From contig QKAS01000053.1 of NCBI GenBank assembly GCA_003246295.1, positions 46,948 through 110,947 of the forward strand: a DNA stretch of 64,000 nucleotides, in the 5' to 3' direction. Shown here in pieces: positions 20,654 through 30,837 of the stretch (position 1 is the first letter of the stretch; the number at the start of each line of letters is the position of its first letter). This DNA comes from Clostridia bacterium (GTDB taxonomy: Bacteria; Bacillota; Clostridia; Lachnospirales; Lachnospiraceae). Under the pieces are notes generated by a model that ran no database searches, had not been told where the DNA came from, and was given only the letters and a program-made list of their open reading frames with translations. The position numbers were made by a program, and so were the translations under genes.

Positions 20654-21808
20654 CAGATTATTGAGATATTCAGTTGAAAGAAGCATAATAAGAATAAAAA
20701 GAATCAGATATACAGGCAATAGCCAGAACCCAAAGGATTTAGCAATTAATCCAAAAACAGGAGGCATGAAAGTACTTCCTACATAAGCAAAAGCCATTTG
20801 AATGCCCATTATAGATTGAGACAATTCAGTGCCAAACCGATTTGGAGTTTCATGTAACATAGCTGGGTAAATTGGAGCGAAACCAACTCCCATTAAAATG
20901 AAAGACACTAGGAATAAAAATGGATTTCCAGAAAATAGAAGAATAATACCTCCAGTCAAGCTGAGAAATTCACCTAAGCGGATTAATCGTCTATTATTTA
21001 TTTTTAGAGCAAGGAAGCCTGAGAAAAAGCGTCCTATGGTAATTCCAAAATAATAAAATGACACCCATCTTGCTGCGGATTTTGCATCCATTTCATGAAC
21101 ACTGACCAAGTATGTACTTCCCCAAAGCCCTAGTGTTAATTCGGCAGCACAATATGCGAAAAAAGCAATTAGTGCAGGTTTTGCACCTTTTAATTGAAAA
21201 ACCTTAATAATTCCAATTCCGGTAGCTTCAGTTTCTCCTAACGTACTTTTATAGTCGTGTTCAAATCGTTTCCAAAGCGGAAGAGAAAATAAAACAAGAA
21301 TCATAAGGGCTATTTGTATGATTGAAATAATGAAATAACCATTTCTCCAGTTTCCATTACTAGAAAGGTGGAATGACATAATAATAGGTCCAGTCGTGGC
21401 ACCTATCCCCCAAAAACAATGAAGCCAATTCATATGTGAAGATTTGTAATGTAACGCAACAAAATTGTTCAGAGCAGAATCAATGGCACCAGCACCAAGG
21501 CCAAGTGGGATGGCAATTGCAAAAAGCCAGATATAGTTTTGAGAAAAATAAGTAAGAAAAAGAGCAGAAGCAGTCAAAAAAATACTAACATTCGTAACAA
21601 CTCCTGTGCCATATTTTCGAATGAGTTTATCACTGAACAGACTTGATAGAATTGTTCCGCCAGAAACTGTCATGGCAATGAAACCAGCATAAGAGACTGG
21701 GGCACCTAAATCTTGCCGTATTACAGGCCATGCAGAGCCAAGAATGGAGTCTGGAAGACCAAGACTAATAAATGCCAAATAAATTAAAACAAGTAAAATT
21801 GTAGCCAT
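20633..21808 (-). CDS. MFS transporter
   Basis: About 12 hydrophobic segments; FISLGLPD..LG.AWP and LHCFWGIG motifs. Confidence 0.85.
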   Translation of the reverse strand: MATILLVLIYLAFISLGLPDSILGSAWPVIRQDLGAPVSYAGFIAMTVSGGTILSSLFSDKLIRKYGTGVVTNVSIFLTASALFLTYFSQNYIWLFAIAIPLGLGAGAIDSALNNFVALHYKSSHMNWLHCFWGIGATTGPIIMSFHLSSNGNWRNGYFIISIIQIALMILVLFSLPLWKRFEHDYKSTLGETEATGIGIIKVFQLKGAKPALIAFFAYCAAELTLGLWGSTYLVSVHEMDAKSAARWVSFYYFGITIGRFFSGFLALKINNRRLIRLGEFLSLTGGIILLFSGNPFLFLVSFILMGVGFAPIYPAMLHETPNRFGTELSQSIMGIQMAFAYVGSTFMPPVFGLIAKSFGFWLLPVYLILFILIMLLSTEYLNNLLHKKVK

Positions 21809-21838
21809 AAGAACCTCCTAACTGGAAATATAGCTAAG

Positions 21839-22852
21839 TTAAGATAACAGTGTTGATTTTATCATTGAGGATAAGCCCTGAAGATAATAATGGTCTGTAT
21901 TTTGAACATAGGTAAGTTCGGGCATGTGCTTTTGTGGGAGCATAGACATGCAACTTTCAGAAATTGGACCCATCATATTAATACTTATACTTTGTCCTGT
22001 TAACATAATGACATCTGGGTTAAGAATAGTTACGAATGCACATATGGTACGGGCTACAATGTCAGAATTTTCAGAGCGGGCCAGAGGGAGTCTGATTCTT
22101 CGTCCATGATCTTTTTCAAAGGGTAGAAAGGATACTTCACCAGCGAAGTTACTTTTTCCATGATGAACAGATCCATTAATAATGATTCCGGCACCAGAGC
22201 ATATGTTTTCAAAAAATGAGATAGCCACAACACATCGATTTTCTATGTATTTTTTCTCATGATACAAACCAAAGGCGATTAAATTCATATCATTTTCCAC
22301 TCGACATGAAAGTTGTAAATCTTTTTTTACCAACGCTGCAAGCGATAAACCTTCCAGTTCTATAATATCACAACTTTCAATAACTCCATCTGAAGTGATA
22401 ATACCTGGAAGACCAATACATACAGAAGAAAGTGTAGGAAATTCTTCTTTTAAATTCAGCAGACATTCTTTCATGGTTTCATAGTCAATGATTGTTTGAG
22501 ACAAGGATTTGCTGGCAATCACATGCCCTGAGAGATCAATAATATTATAAGATAAGGAAAAACGATTATTTTCGTTGGTAGCATATAAACAACAACCCAC
22601 TTGAAATAATTCGTTGATACGATATGTTTTAGAAGGACGTCCTGCAGAATTTGTTTTATTATCATCAGGGACGACTAAGATTTCACCAGCGGACTCGAGC
22701 TCATTTAAAATTGAATTACAGGTAGCAACACTCAATCCTGTTCTGGAAGCGGTCATTATTTTAGTTCCAGATCCCATTTCTAACAGGGCTTCTTTTATAA
22801 TTCTTGTATTTGTTTCCTTTACCTGTGATGTAGAACTTATAAGATGTTCCAT
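21839..22852 (-). CDS. ROK-family transcriptional regulator
   Basis: N-terminal HTH (TGLSVATCNSIL...GRP), GLPG, ENDMN and GAGIIING...AGE motifs. Confidence 0.85.
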   Translation of the reverse strand: MEHLISSTSQVKETNTRIIKEALLEMGSGTKIMTASRTGLSVATCNSILNELESAGEILVVPDDNKTNSAGRPSKTYRINELFQVGCCLYATNENNRFSLSYNIIDLSGHVIASKSLSQTIIDYETMKECLLNLKEEFPTLSSVCIGLPGIITSDGVIESCDIIELEGLSLAALVKKDLQLSCRVENDMNLIAFGLYHEKKYIENRCVVAISFFENICSGAGIIINGSVHHGKSNFAGEVSFLPFEKDHGRRIRLPLARSENSDIVARTICAFVTILNPDVIMLTGQSISINMMGPISESCMSMLPQKHMPELTYVQNTDHYYLQGLSSMIKSTLLS

Positions 22853-22875
22853 AATACCTCCTGGTTTTTAAATGT

Positions 22876-22919
22876 ATTATTATAATAGTTATAATAATTA
22901 GAATTTATCATTCTGTCAA
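22876..22919 (-). promoter_or_regulatory. ROK operon promoter with palindromic operator
   Basis: Minus-strand TTGACA at 22914-22919 and TATTAT at 22891-22896. Perfect palindrome ATTATTATAA-TAG-TTATAATAAT at 22876-22898. Confidence 0.5.
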
Positions 22920-23022
22920 GAGTATTATAAAATTAAACCTTCTAAATTCGATTTGTAAAACTGGACATGGTACTAGAATCAGAATTATAGTAAAATATAG
23001 ATAATATGAGTGGAGGTTCTGT

Positions 23023-23922
23023 ATGGAAAAAGCATATAAACTTGAGTTTAAGAATCAAAGTTCAAAAGAATTGTATCTAACGACTTGTGGCTGTTCTCAA
23101 ACAGAGCCCTTACACAGTTTTGGCCCGGCTGTAAGACCGCATTATCTGATTCATTTTGTGTTAAGTGGTGCTGGAAAATTTATTCTTGGAGGAAAAGAAT
23201 ATCCATTAAAAGCAGGATACGGATTTTTAATTGAGCCGGATGAACTTGCTTTTTATCAGTCGGATGAAATGAAACCATGGACATACATCTGGGTCGGATT
23301 TTCAGGAAGCCAGGCAGAAGAATATCTTACAAAAACAGGACTTTCAGCAAAACACCCTATCTTTGAATCAGATAAGGCAAAGGAATTATATGAGACTGTA
23401 AAGGATATGATGGAGCATAATACCTATAGTATTGCAAATGATATGCGCAGAAACGGGCTTCTTCGAGTTTTCCTTTCGATGATTGCTGAAAATGCCATGA
23501 TTCCTATGAGTGAAGAAGCTGATAAGGGGAATTACTATGTTCAAAAGGCGATTGAGTTTATTAGAAGCAATTACTATTCACCAATAAAAGTGACAGATGT
23601 AGCAGATTATGTTTGTATTAACCGTAGCTACTTGTATACTCTTTTTATGGAATCTCTTGAAATGTCCCCCCAGGAGTTTTTATCTTTGTTCAGGATTACA
23701 AAAGCATCACAATTGCTTGCAGTTACAACACTTTCGGTAGAAAGTATTGCCATATCGTGTGGGTATAGTGATCCATTAGTATTTGGAAAAGCCTTTCGAA
23801 AACTAAAAGGTGTCTCTCCATCACGCTTCAGAAAAGAAGTCTTGAATGGAGAAATAAGAAGATCACAGGGAGATTTAGAGCAAATTGAACACTTTATAAA
23901 AGAAATGCAGGAACAGAGTTAA
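23023..23922 (+). CDS. AraC-family regulator (probable gal regulator)
   Basis: Cupin domain (HSFGP, PWTYIWVGF) plus AraC double HTH; lies upstream of galKT. Confidence 0.88.
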   Translation: MEKAYKLEFKNQSSKELYLTTCGCSQTEPLHSFGPAVRPHYLIHFVLSGAGKFILGGKEYPLKAGYGFLIEPDELAFYQSDEMKPWTYIWVGFSGSQAEEYLTKTGLSAKHPIFESDKAKELYETVKDMMEHNTYSIANDMRRNGLLRVFLSMIAENAMIPMSEEADKGNYYVQKAIEFIRSNYYSPIKVTDVADYVCINRSYLYTLFMESLEMSPQEFLSLFRITKASQLLAVTTLSVESIAISCGYSDPLVFGKAFRKLKGVSPSRFRKEVLNGEIRRSQGDLEQIEHFIKEMQEQS

Positions 23923-24030
23923 CATTTTGACTGAAATGAACAACATTGTATCAGCGAATATATTTTAGATACAAATTATAATAATAGATAAGAGTTCGTG
24001 AAATATTTGATCTGGAAAAAGGAGATCTGT

Positions 24031-25197
24031 ATGAAAGAAATATTATTAAAAAAATTTGAGGAAGTATTTGGTTCGTCACACGATGTACAAATTTATTTTG
24101 CACCAGGTAGAGTAAATATGATTGGGGAGCACACTGATTATAATGGTGGACATGTCTTTCCATGTGCATTAACAATTGGAACTTATGCGGCGGCCAGAGT
24201 TCGTGAGGATGATATCTGCAGATTTTATTCGATGAATTTTGAAGAGCTTGGTATCCTTGAATCATCTGTTTCAGGTCTCAAGTATGAAAAAGAAGCTGAT
24301 TGGACAAATTACCCGAAAGGCGTTATATGGGCATTTGGAGAAAAGGGACATCCAGTATTACGAGGGATGGATTTACTCCTTTTTGGAAACATACCTAATG
24401 GGTCAGGACTTTCTTCTTCAGCATCTGTAGAAGTGCTGACTGGATATATATTAAGAGATTTTTTTGGTTATCGTGTTACGAACCAGGATCTCGCGTTATA
24501 TGGACAGTATGCAGAAAATCATTTTAATGGTGTTAACTGCGGTATAATGGATCAGTTTTCTATTGCAATGGGGAAAAAGAACCATGCAATTTTTCTTGAT
24601 ACGGCAGATCTTAGTTATGAATATGCACCACTTGTATTAGAAGGGTATAAAATAGTAATTTCGGGCAGTAATAAAAAAAGAGGTCTTGGTGACTCAAAAT
24701 ATAATGAGAGAAGGTCCGAATGCGAGACTGCATTAAGTGAACTGCAGCAGGTGATAGGAATCAAATCGCTTGGTGATTTAACAGAAGAAATGTTTGAAAC
24801 TTACAAGTCTGCAATCAAAGATGAAATCAGAATAAAAAGAGCAAAACATGCAGTTTATGAAAATCAGAGAACAATCAGAGCAGTTGATGCTTTAAAGAAA
24901 AATAATTTAACAGAGTTTGGTAAACTGATGAATGAATCTCATATTTCTCTTCGTGATGACTATGAAGTGACAGGCCTTGAGCTTGATACGCTTGTGGAAG
25001 AGGCCTGGAAACAGGAAGGTGTGATTGGATCCAGAATGACAGGTGCTGGTTTTGGTGGATGCACGGTCAGTATTGTTAAAGAGGAAGCAGTAGATTCCTT
25101 TATACAAAATGTTGGTACTGCATATAAAGAGAAAATTGGATATGCAGCAGATTTTTATGTTGTAGAAATTGGAGATGGTCCATGCATCCTATCATAA
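24031..25197 (+). CDS. galK: Galactokinase
   Basis: APGRVNMIGEHTDYN, GSGLSSSAS, CGIMDQ and GAGFGG motifs; start 24031 after an AAGGAG RBS. Confidence 0.95.
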   Translation: MKEILLKKFEEVFGSSHDVQIYFAPGRVNMIGEHTDYNGGHVFPCALTIGTYAAARVREDDICRFYSMNFEELGILESSVSGLKYEKEADWTNYPKGVIWAFGEKGHPVLRGMDLLLFGNIPNGSGLSSSASVEVLTGYILRDFFGYRVTNQDLALYGQYAENHFNGVNCGIMDQFSIAMGKKNHAIFLDTADLSYEYAPLVLEGYKIVISGSNKKRGLGDSKYNERRSECETALSELQQVIGIKSLGDLTEEMFETYKSAIKDEIRIKRAKHAVYENQRTIRAVDALKKNNLTEFGKLMNESHISLRDDYEVTGLELDTLVEEAWKQEGVIGSRMTGAGFGGCTVSIVKEEAVDSFIQNVGTAYKEKIGYAADFYVVEIGDGPCILS

Positions 25198-26765
25198 ATA
25201 ATAAAATTACGGCAAAAACACAACAGGATAAATTTATAAATATATATAGAGAGATAGACAGACTGATACAATATGCAGTTCTTACGGAGTTAATTCAAGA
25301 CATTGATATTATTTACACAAGAAATCGAATGATGGAATGTTTAAAACTATACGATTATTTAGAATTAGACCCTGAAAAAGATGTAAGGTATCTTGATTTA
25401 ATACAAAATTGTAAGAGAGAAGATCTTGAAGATATTTTAAGAAATATCAATGATTATGCTTTTTATAAGGGGATTATTACAGAAAACACAGTAACATCCA
25501 GAGATTTATTTGATACTTCCGTTATGTCTATACTTGTACCAAGACCTTCTGAGGTAGTTCATTCATTTTATAATGCGTATGAAGTGAGTGCAGAGGCAGC
25601 TACAGATTATTATTACCGTTTATGCCAGGATAATGACTATATCAGAAGATATCGAATTATGCATGATATTAAATGGAAAACAGAAACACAATATGGAGAA
25701 CTTGACATTACAATTAATCTGTCAAAACCTGAAAAAGATCCAAAAGAAATTGCTGCTGCAAAAAATGCAGCAGATGTAAGTTATCCAAAGTGTCTCTTAT
25801 GTATGGAAAATGAAGGCTATGCAGGAAGAATGAACCATCCTGCAAGACAGAATCATCGCATTATACCAATTACGATTCAAAATAAAAGGTGGGGACTTCA
25901 GTATTCACCATATGTTTATTATAATGAGCATTGCATAGTCATAAATGGACAACATGTTCCAATGCAGATTGATCGTGATACTTTTGTGAAATTAATGGAT
26001 TTTATTCATTTGTTTCCGCATTATTTTCTTGGCTCCAATGCAGATCTACCGATCGTAGGTGGTTCCATATTAAGCCATGATCATTTTCAAGGTGGACATT
26101 ACGAATTTCCAATGGCAAGGGCGGAGATAGAGCATACTTTTATTGTCAAGGGGTTTGAGGATATAGAGGCAGGAATTGTCAGATGGCCGATGTCCGTAAT
26201 TAGAATAAGATCCACAGATTCTGAAAGATTGATTGATTTGGCAGATTATATCCTAAACAAATGGAGAGGTTATTCTGATGAAGAGGCATTTATATTTGCC
26301 CAGACCGATGGGGAGCTGCATAATACAATTACCCCAATTGCCAGAAAAAGAGGTAATTTCTTCGAGTTTGATCTTGCGCTAAGAAATAATATTACGACAA
26401 AAGAACATCCAATGGGCTTGTTCCATCCACATGCAGATTTGCATCACATAAAGAAAGAAAATATAGGCTTAATTGAAGTGATGGGCCTTGCCATACTTCC
26501 TTCCCGTTTAAAAATGGAAATGGAATTGCTGATAAAGGCTATTTTAGAAGGAAAAGAGATTTCTAATGATGCATTGCTTGGAAAACATGCAGAATGGATA
26601 CACAAAATAATGAATCATTATGAATTTATAGATGAAAAGCATGTAAAAGAGGTTCTTCAAAAAGAAATGGGACTAGTATTTTTAAGAGTACTGGAGGACG
26701 CAGGTGTTTTTAAAAGAGATGAAGCAGGCTTTCGGGCATGGGATCGTTTCCTACACACCTTGTAA
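25182..26765 (+). CDS. galT: Galactose-1-phosphate uridylyltransferase (Firmicute type)
   Basis: TINLSKPEKDP, YPKCLLC and GGSILSHDHFQ motifs. Confidence 0.92.
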   Translation: MHPIINNKITAKTQQDKFINIYREIDRLIQYAVLTELIQDIDIIYTRNRMMECLKLYDYLELDPEKDVRYLDLIQNCKREDLEDILRNINDYAFYKGIITENTVTSRDLFDTSVMSILVPRPSEVVHSFYNAYEVSAEAATDYYYRLCQDNDYIRRYRIMHDIKWKTETQYGELDITINLSKPEKDPKEIAAAKNAADVSYPKCLLCMENEGYAGRMNHPARQNHRIIPITIQNKRWGLQYSPYVYYNEHCIVINGQHVPMQIDRDTFVKLMDFIHLFPHYFLGSNADLPIVGGSILSHDHFQGGHYEFPMARAEIEHTFIVKGFEDIEAGIVRWPMSVIRIRSTDSERLIDLADYILNKWRGYSDEEAFIFAQTDGELHNTITPIARKRGNFFEFDLALRNNITTKEHPMGLFHPHADLHHIKKENIGLIEVMGLAILPSRLKMEMELLIKAILEGKEISNDALLGKHAEWIHKIMNHYEFIDEKHVKEVLQKEMGLVFLRVLEDAGVFKRDEAGFRAWDRFLHTL

Positions 26766-26786
26766 ATCAACTGATTTAATATTATG

Positions 26787-26822
26787 ATGTCTTATATATC
26801 GAAAGATATATAAGACATTTTT
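26787..26822 (+). terminator. Intrinsic terminator after galT
   Basis: Perfect 14-bp stem ATGTCTTATATATC-GAAA-GATATATAAGACAT followed by Ts. Confidence 0.75.
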
Positions 26823-26883
26823 ATGACCAAAATTATAATTATATAAAAAATATAATTATTTAAAAATGTAGATAGGAGTCAAA

Positions 26884-28569
26884 ATGAAATTACTACTGGT
26901 TGCAGTAAATGCAAAATACATTCATTCCAATCCGGCAGTTTATAGTTTGAAAGCATATGCCAGCCAATACCATGATCATATAAAGATTGCAGAATACACA
27001 ATTAATAATAGACGAGAAGAAATTCTTGCAGATCTTTATCAAAGATGTCCCGACTTGATCGCATTTTCCTGTTATATCTGGAATTGGGATTTGATTCAGG
27101 GGTTATTTGCAGACATAAAAAAATTACTCCCGAATGTAATAATATGGCTTGGAGGTCCGGAAGTAAGCTTTTTGCCAGAAGAGATATTACGTCAGCATGT
27201 AGAAGTACAAGGAATTATGTTAGGTGAAGGAGAAGAAACTTTTCTGGAGCTGACACATTATTATATTGATAAGACTTGTAAAATAGAAGAGATAGCAGGA
27301 ATCATCACAAGAGAAGGTAGAACAAGTCCTAGAAAGTTACTTGATATGGCAAAAATTCCGTTTTTATATCATGAGCCGAAAGTATTTGAGAATAGAATCA
27401 TATACTATGAATCCTCCAGAGGATGTCCATTTCGATGTAGCTATTGTCTATCGTCCATAGACAAAACTGTGAGACTTCGAGATTATGAACTTGTAAAACA
27501 GGAACTGAAATATCTCTTGGATAAAAAAGTTAAGCAGGTAAAATTTGTTGATAGAACATTTAATTGCAATCATGATCACACCATTAGAATATGGGAATTT
27601 TTAATAAAGAATGATAATGGTATTACAAATTTTCATTTTGAAGTATCTGCTGATATTTTACAGGATGATGAGTTGAAAATACTGTCCCATATGAGGCCGG
27701 GATTGGTGCAACTTGAAATTGGTGTGCAGAGTACGAATCCTAATACCTTGAAAGAAATTGATAGATATGCTGATTTTGAAACTTTAAAGGCAGCAGTTTC
27801 AAAAATTCAGTCCACAGATAATATACATATTCATCTCGATTTAATTGCTGGGCTTCCTTATGAAGATTTCGCAAGTTTTAAAAAATCATTTGATGAAGTA
27901 TATCAGATGAGACCTCATCAATTACAATTGGGATTTTTAAAAATATTAAAAGGTTCAAAAATGCATCAAAAAGCAAATGATTATGGAATTACTTATTCTT
28001 CTCATCCACCCTACGAAGTATTTCGGACAAAGTGGTTGGATTATGATGCAATTTTAACCCTGAAAAGAATAGAAGAAATGGTCGAAATATATTATAACAG
28101 TAATCAGTTTACTACGACACTAAGACTTTTACAGACTTGTTTTTCATCTGCCTTTACGATGTATTACGAACTTTCAAGGTTCTATGTAGAACACGAGTAC
28201 CATATTAAAACGCCTTCCAGAGTTGCAAGATATGAGGTGCTGTTGCAGTTTGCGTCAACGATTGATTCCCAGTATGCTAATCTTTATGCAGAAGCACTTA
28301 CATTTGACTGCTATTTGAGAGAAAATATGAAGAGTCGGCCAGTATTCTCTTATCAATTAGACGCATTGAAAGAGGAATTTAGAGAAATAAAGAAGCATAG
28401 AAACATCACAGGAAAAGAAAAACACTTAGAACCATTTTATTATCCTGTTTGGATTGATAGCAATCAGGTAAAAATGAAAAAGGAGAAACCCTGGATTATA
28501 TGTTTTGACTATACAAAAAGAAATCCGTTGACCTATGAGGCTTTCTATGAAGAGATTTCATACTCATAA
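26884..28569 (+). CDS. B12-binding-domain radical SAM protein
   Basis: N-terminal FSCYIWN and LGGPEV; SRGCPFRCSYC (CxxxCxxC). Confidence 0.88.
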   Translation: MKLLLVAVNAKYIHSNPAVYSLKAYASQYHDHIKIAEYTINNRREEILADLYQRCPDLIAFSCYIWNWDLIQGLFADIKKLLPNVIIWLGGPEVSFLPEEILRQHVEVQGIMLGEGEETFLELTHYYIDKTCKIEEIAGIITREGRTSPRKLLDMAKIPFLYHEPKVFENRIIYYESSRGCPFRCSYCLSSIDKTVRLRDYELVKQELKYLLDKKVKQVKFVDRTFNCNHDHTIRIWEFLIKNDNGITNFHFEVSADILQDDELKILSHMRPGLVQLEIGVQSTNPNTLKEIDRYADFETLKAAVSKIQSTDNIHIHLDLIAGLPYEDFASFKKSFDEVYQMRPHQLQLGFLKILKGSKMHQKANDYGITYSSHPPYEVFRTKWLDYDAILTLKRIEEMVEIYYNSNQFTTTLRLLQTCFSSAFTMYYELSRFYVEHEYHIKTPSRVARYEVLLQFASTIDSQYANLYAEALTFDCYLRENMKSRPVFSYQLDALKEEFREIKKHRNITGKEKHLEPFYYPVWIDSNQVKMKKEKPWIICFDYTKRNPLTYEAFYEEISYS

Positions 28570-28606
28570 AGAAACACAACAGAATTGAATTTTATGGAGT
28601 GACAAT

Positions 28607-29269
28607 ATGAAAAAAACTTGTAAGACAGAATATATACATGATGTACTGAACCGATTAGACCGCTATTATGGAAATGAAGTCAGATGTTATCTGACGCATC
28701 AGAATGCCGGTGAATTACTCATAGCAACAATATTAAGTGCTCAATGCACTGATGCGCGTGTAAATATTGTAACCCAGACACTATTTAAGAAGTATCCAAC
28801 GATAGAATCTTTTGCAAAAGCTGATTTAAAAGAGCTGGAAAAAGAAATTCATTCTACAGGGTTTTATCACAATAAAGCAAAAAATATTATAGCATGCTGC
28901 AAAGAGCTAATAAATACATATGAAGGAGAGGTTCCATCAGATATAGAATCGTTGATAAAATTGCCCGGAGTTGGAAGAAAAACAGCAAATGTGATTAGAG
29001 GCAACATTTTTAATCAACCAAGTATTGTTGTGGATACTCATGTTAAGAGAATACCAAAAAAACTTGGATTTACAAATCAGGATGATCCTGTAAAGATAGA
29101 ATTTGAATTAATGAAGTTATTGCCGAAAGAATATTGGATTAGATATAACACACATATTATTAAGCATGGTCGTGAAATTTGTATTGCCAGAAGACCAAAA
29201 TGTAATGAATGCTTCTTAAATGATATTTGCCCAAATGCTCTGATTGATGAGAGAAGCAGATTGGATTAA
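28607..29269 (+). CDS. nth: Endonuclease III
   Basis: LSAQCTD, HhH LPGVGRKTA, VDTHV and C-terminal 4Fe-4S cysteine motif. Confidence 0.95.
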   Translation: MKKTCKTEYIHDVLNRLDRYYGNEVRCYLTHQNAGELLIATILSAQCTDARVNIVTQTLFKKYPTIESFAKADLKELEKEIHSTGFYHNKAKNIIACCKELINTYEGEVPSDIESLIKLPGVGRKTANVIRGNIFNQPSIVVDTHVKRIPKKLGFTNQDDPVKIEFELMKLLPKEYWIRYNTHIIKHGREICIARRPKCNECFLNDICPNALIDERSRLD

Positions 29270-29279
29270 GGAATAAAAA

Positions 29280-29993
29280 ATGATACAGAATTATATTGTA
29301 ATTGATGTTGAAACAACAGGCTTAGATCCTAAAAAAGATAAAATAATTGAAATTGGGGCTGTAAAAGTAAAAGATGGAGTTGTTGACAAAACTTACTCAA
29401 AATTAATCAATCCAGGTAGAAAATTATCATTACAGATCATTCAACTGACAGGAATCTCAAATGAAGATCTGATTCAAAAACCAGATATTAGCAATGTAAT
29501 TGCTGAGTTTCTTGATTTCATTGGTATAGATGACATTCCCATTATTGGACACAGCCTGATGTTCGATTATGCCTTTTTAAAAAGAGCAGCAGTTAATCAT
29601 AAACTATCATTTGAAAAGAGTGGTATTGATACGTTAAAGATTGCTAGAAAATATCTAAAAGGCTTGGAAAGCAGAAATTTGAATTACTTATGCTCCTATT
29701 TTGGAATAGCACATGAAGCACATAGAGCATTAGCGGATGCCTATGCAACACATGAACTATTTCAAAAACTTCAAACATTATTCAATAATCTGGAGGAAAG
29801 CGATAAAGATTTTAAACCAAGGCCTCTTAATTATCAGGTAAAAAAAGAGGGACCGGCAAGTAAGCGGCAAAAAGAAAGAATCAGGCAATTATTAGAACAA
29901 CATAACCTGATTCCTGAATATGACATTGATCTGCTTACAAAGAATGAGGCAAGTCGCTATGCGGATCAAATTCTTGCAACATACGGACGATAG
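29280..29993 (+). CDS. DEDDh 3'-5' exonuclease (PolIII epsilon-like)
   Basis: DVETTG, HS..FD and HRALADA motifs. Confidence 0.88.
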   Translation: MIQNYIVIDVETTGLDPKKDKIIEIGAVKVKDGVVDKTYSKLINPGRKLSLQIIQLTGISNEDLIQKPDISNVIAEFLDFIGIDDIPIIGHSLMFDYAFLKRAAVNHKLSFEKSGIDTLKIARKYLKGLESRNLNYLCSYFGIAHEAHRALADAYATHELFQKLQTLFNNLEESDKDFKPRPLNYQVKKEGPASKRQKERIRQLLEQHNLIPEYDIDLLTKNEASRYADQILATYGR

Positions 29994-30567
29994 GGTTTTT
30001 CATAACAGACTGAAGTGTTTTAGCAGTCTCGAGTAATTCATTTATTTTAGAAGGATAACCAGTCTGATGATAAATAGAAGCAAGAAGTCTGTAACTACCA
30101 CTTACATCTGAATGGGTTGAAATTGCAAACTCAAGAAGTTGTTGTGTTTCTTTTAAATAACCATTTTCATATAAAATGAGAGCCCATTTCTGAAGAGTTC
30201 TAGCAAGTAGTGTATAGTCTTGATCATATTGTGATAAAATTTTTAAATTAGCAGCACCATATTTTAATTTAAGGTCAGTATTTGAAAGACCAGTCAGGTT
30301 TACAATCTTCTTTTCTGAGAGATTATTGATGGTCTGGTGAATTTCGATGATGACAGGATCATCCTTCATAATATCGAAGGGAAAAGCATCCATCGGAAGT
30401 CTGACATATGGAAGAGCATCCAGAGGCTTTTTACGTGTGGCGTTTGCACGTGATTCCCGATCCCAAAAGCTCTCTTCCTGCATACGTGCAATTTTTGTAT
30501 TCTTACGAATCTCATAGGCAATTAGTATGATAAGTACAATAAAACTTGCAAAATAAGGTAGAATCAT
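29935..30567 (-). CDS. Conserved hypothetical protein with N-terminal membrane anchor and TPR-like C-terminus
   Basis: Hydrophobic N-terminus, FWDRE..AN motif, helical repeats; AAGGA RBS. Confidence 0.7.
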   Translation of the reverse strand: MILPYFASFIVLIILIAYEIRKNTKIARMQEESFWDRESRANATRKKPLDALPYVRLPMDAFPFDIMKDDPVIIEIHQTINNLSEKKIVNLTGLSNTDLKLKYGAANLKILSQYDQDYTLLARTLQKWALILYENGYLKETQQLLEFAISTHSDVSGSYRLLASIYHQTGYPSKINELLETAKTLQSVMKNPIVRMLQEFDPHSDLPHSL

Positions 30568-30639
30568 TTATAATATCCTTTCAGTGGATTTAGGTTTTGA
30601 GAGTGGATAAATAGGTCCTCTCGCAGATAGGAGTATACT

Positions 30640-30747
30640 ATGTTTAATATGAATAACAAGAAAACAAAACAGATTATTTCGTCGGTTATTATTATCATTC
30701 TAGTCATTGCAATGGTATTACCGACTTTATTATATTTTGTATCTTAA
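30640..30747 (+). CDS. 35-aa single-TM small protein (Prli42/DUF4044-like)
   Basis: AGGAG RBS; translation MFNMNNKKTKQIISSVIIIILVIAMVLPTLLYFVS. Below the ORF-track cutoff. Confidence 0.65.
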   Translation: MFNMNNKKTKQIISSVIIIILVIAMVLPTLLYFVS

Positions 30748-30837
30748 TTTATTTTATACAATATGAAAGAAGTAGTCAATGAATGGATGAAAGGAACCAT
30801 TTATTGCGTCTGTGTATACAGACAGGAGGTTTATAAA

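Noticed and set aside
19486..23000. tRNA-Gly as the attachment site of an island (azlCD, MFS, ROK)
   Set aside because: No integrase and no duplicated tRNA 3' end were found downstream.
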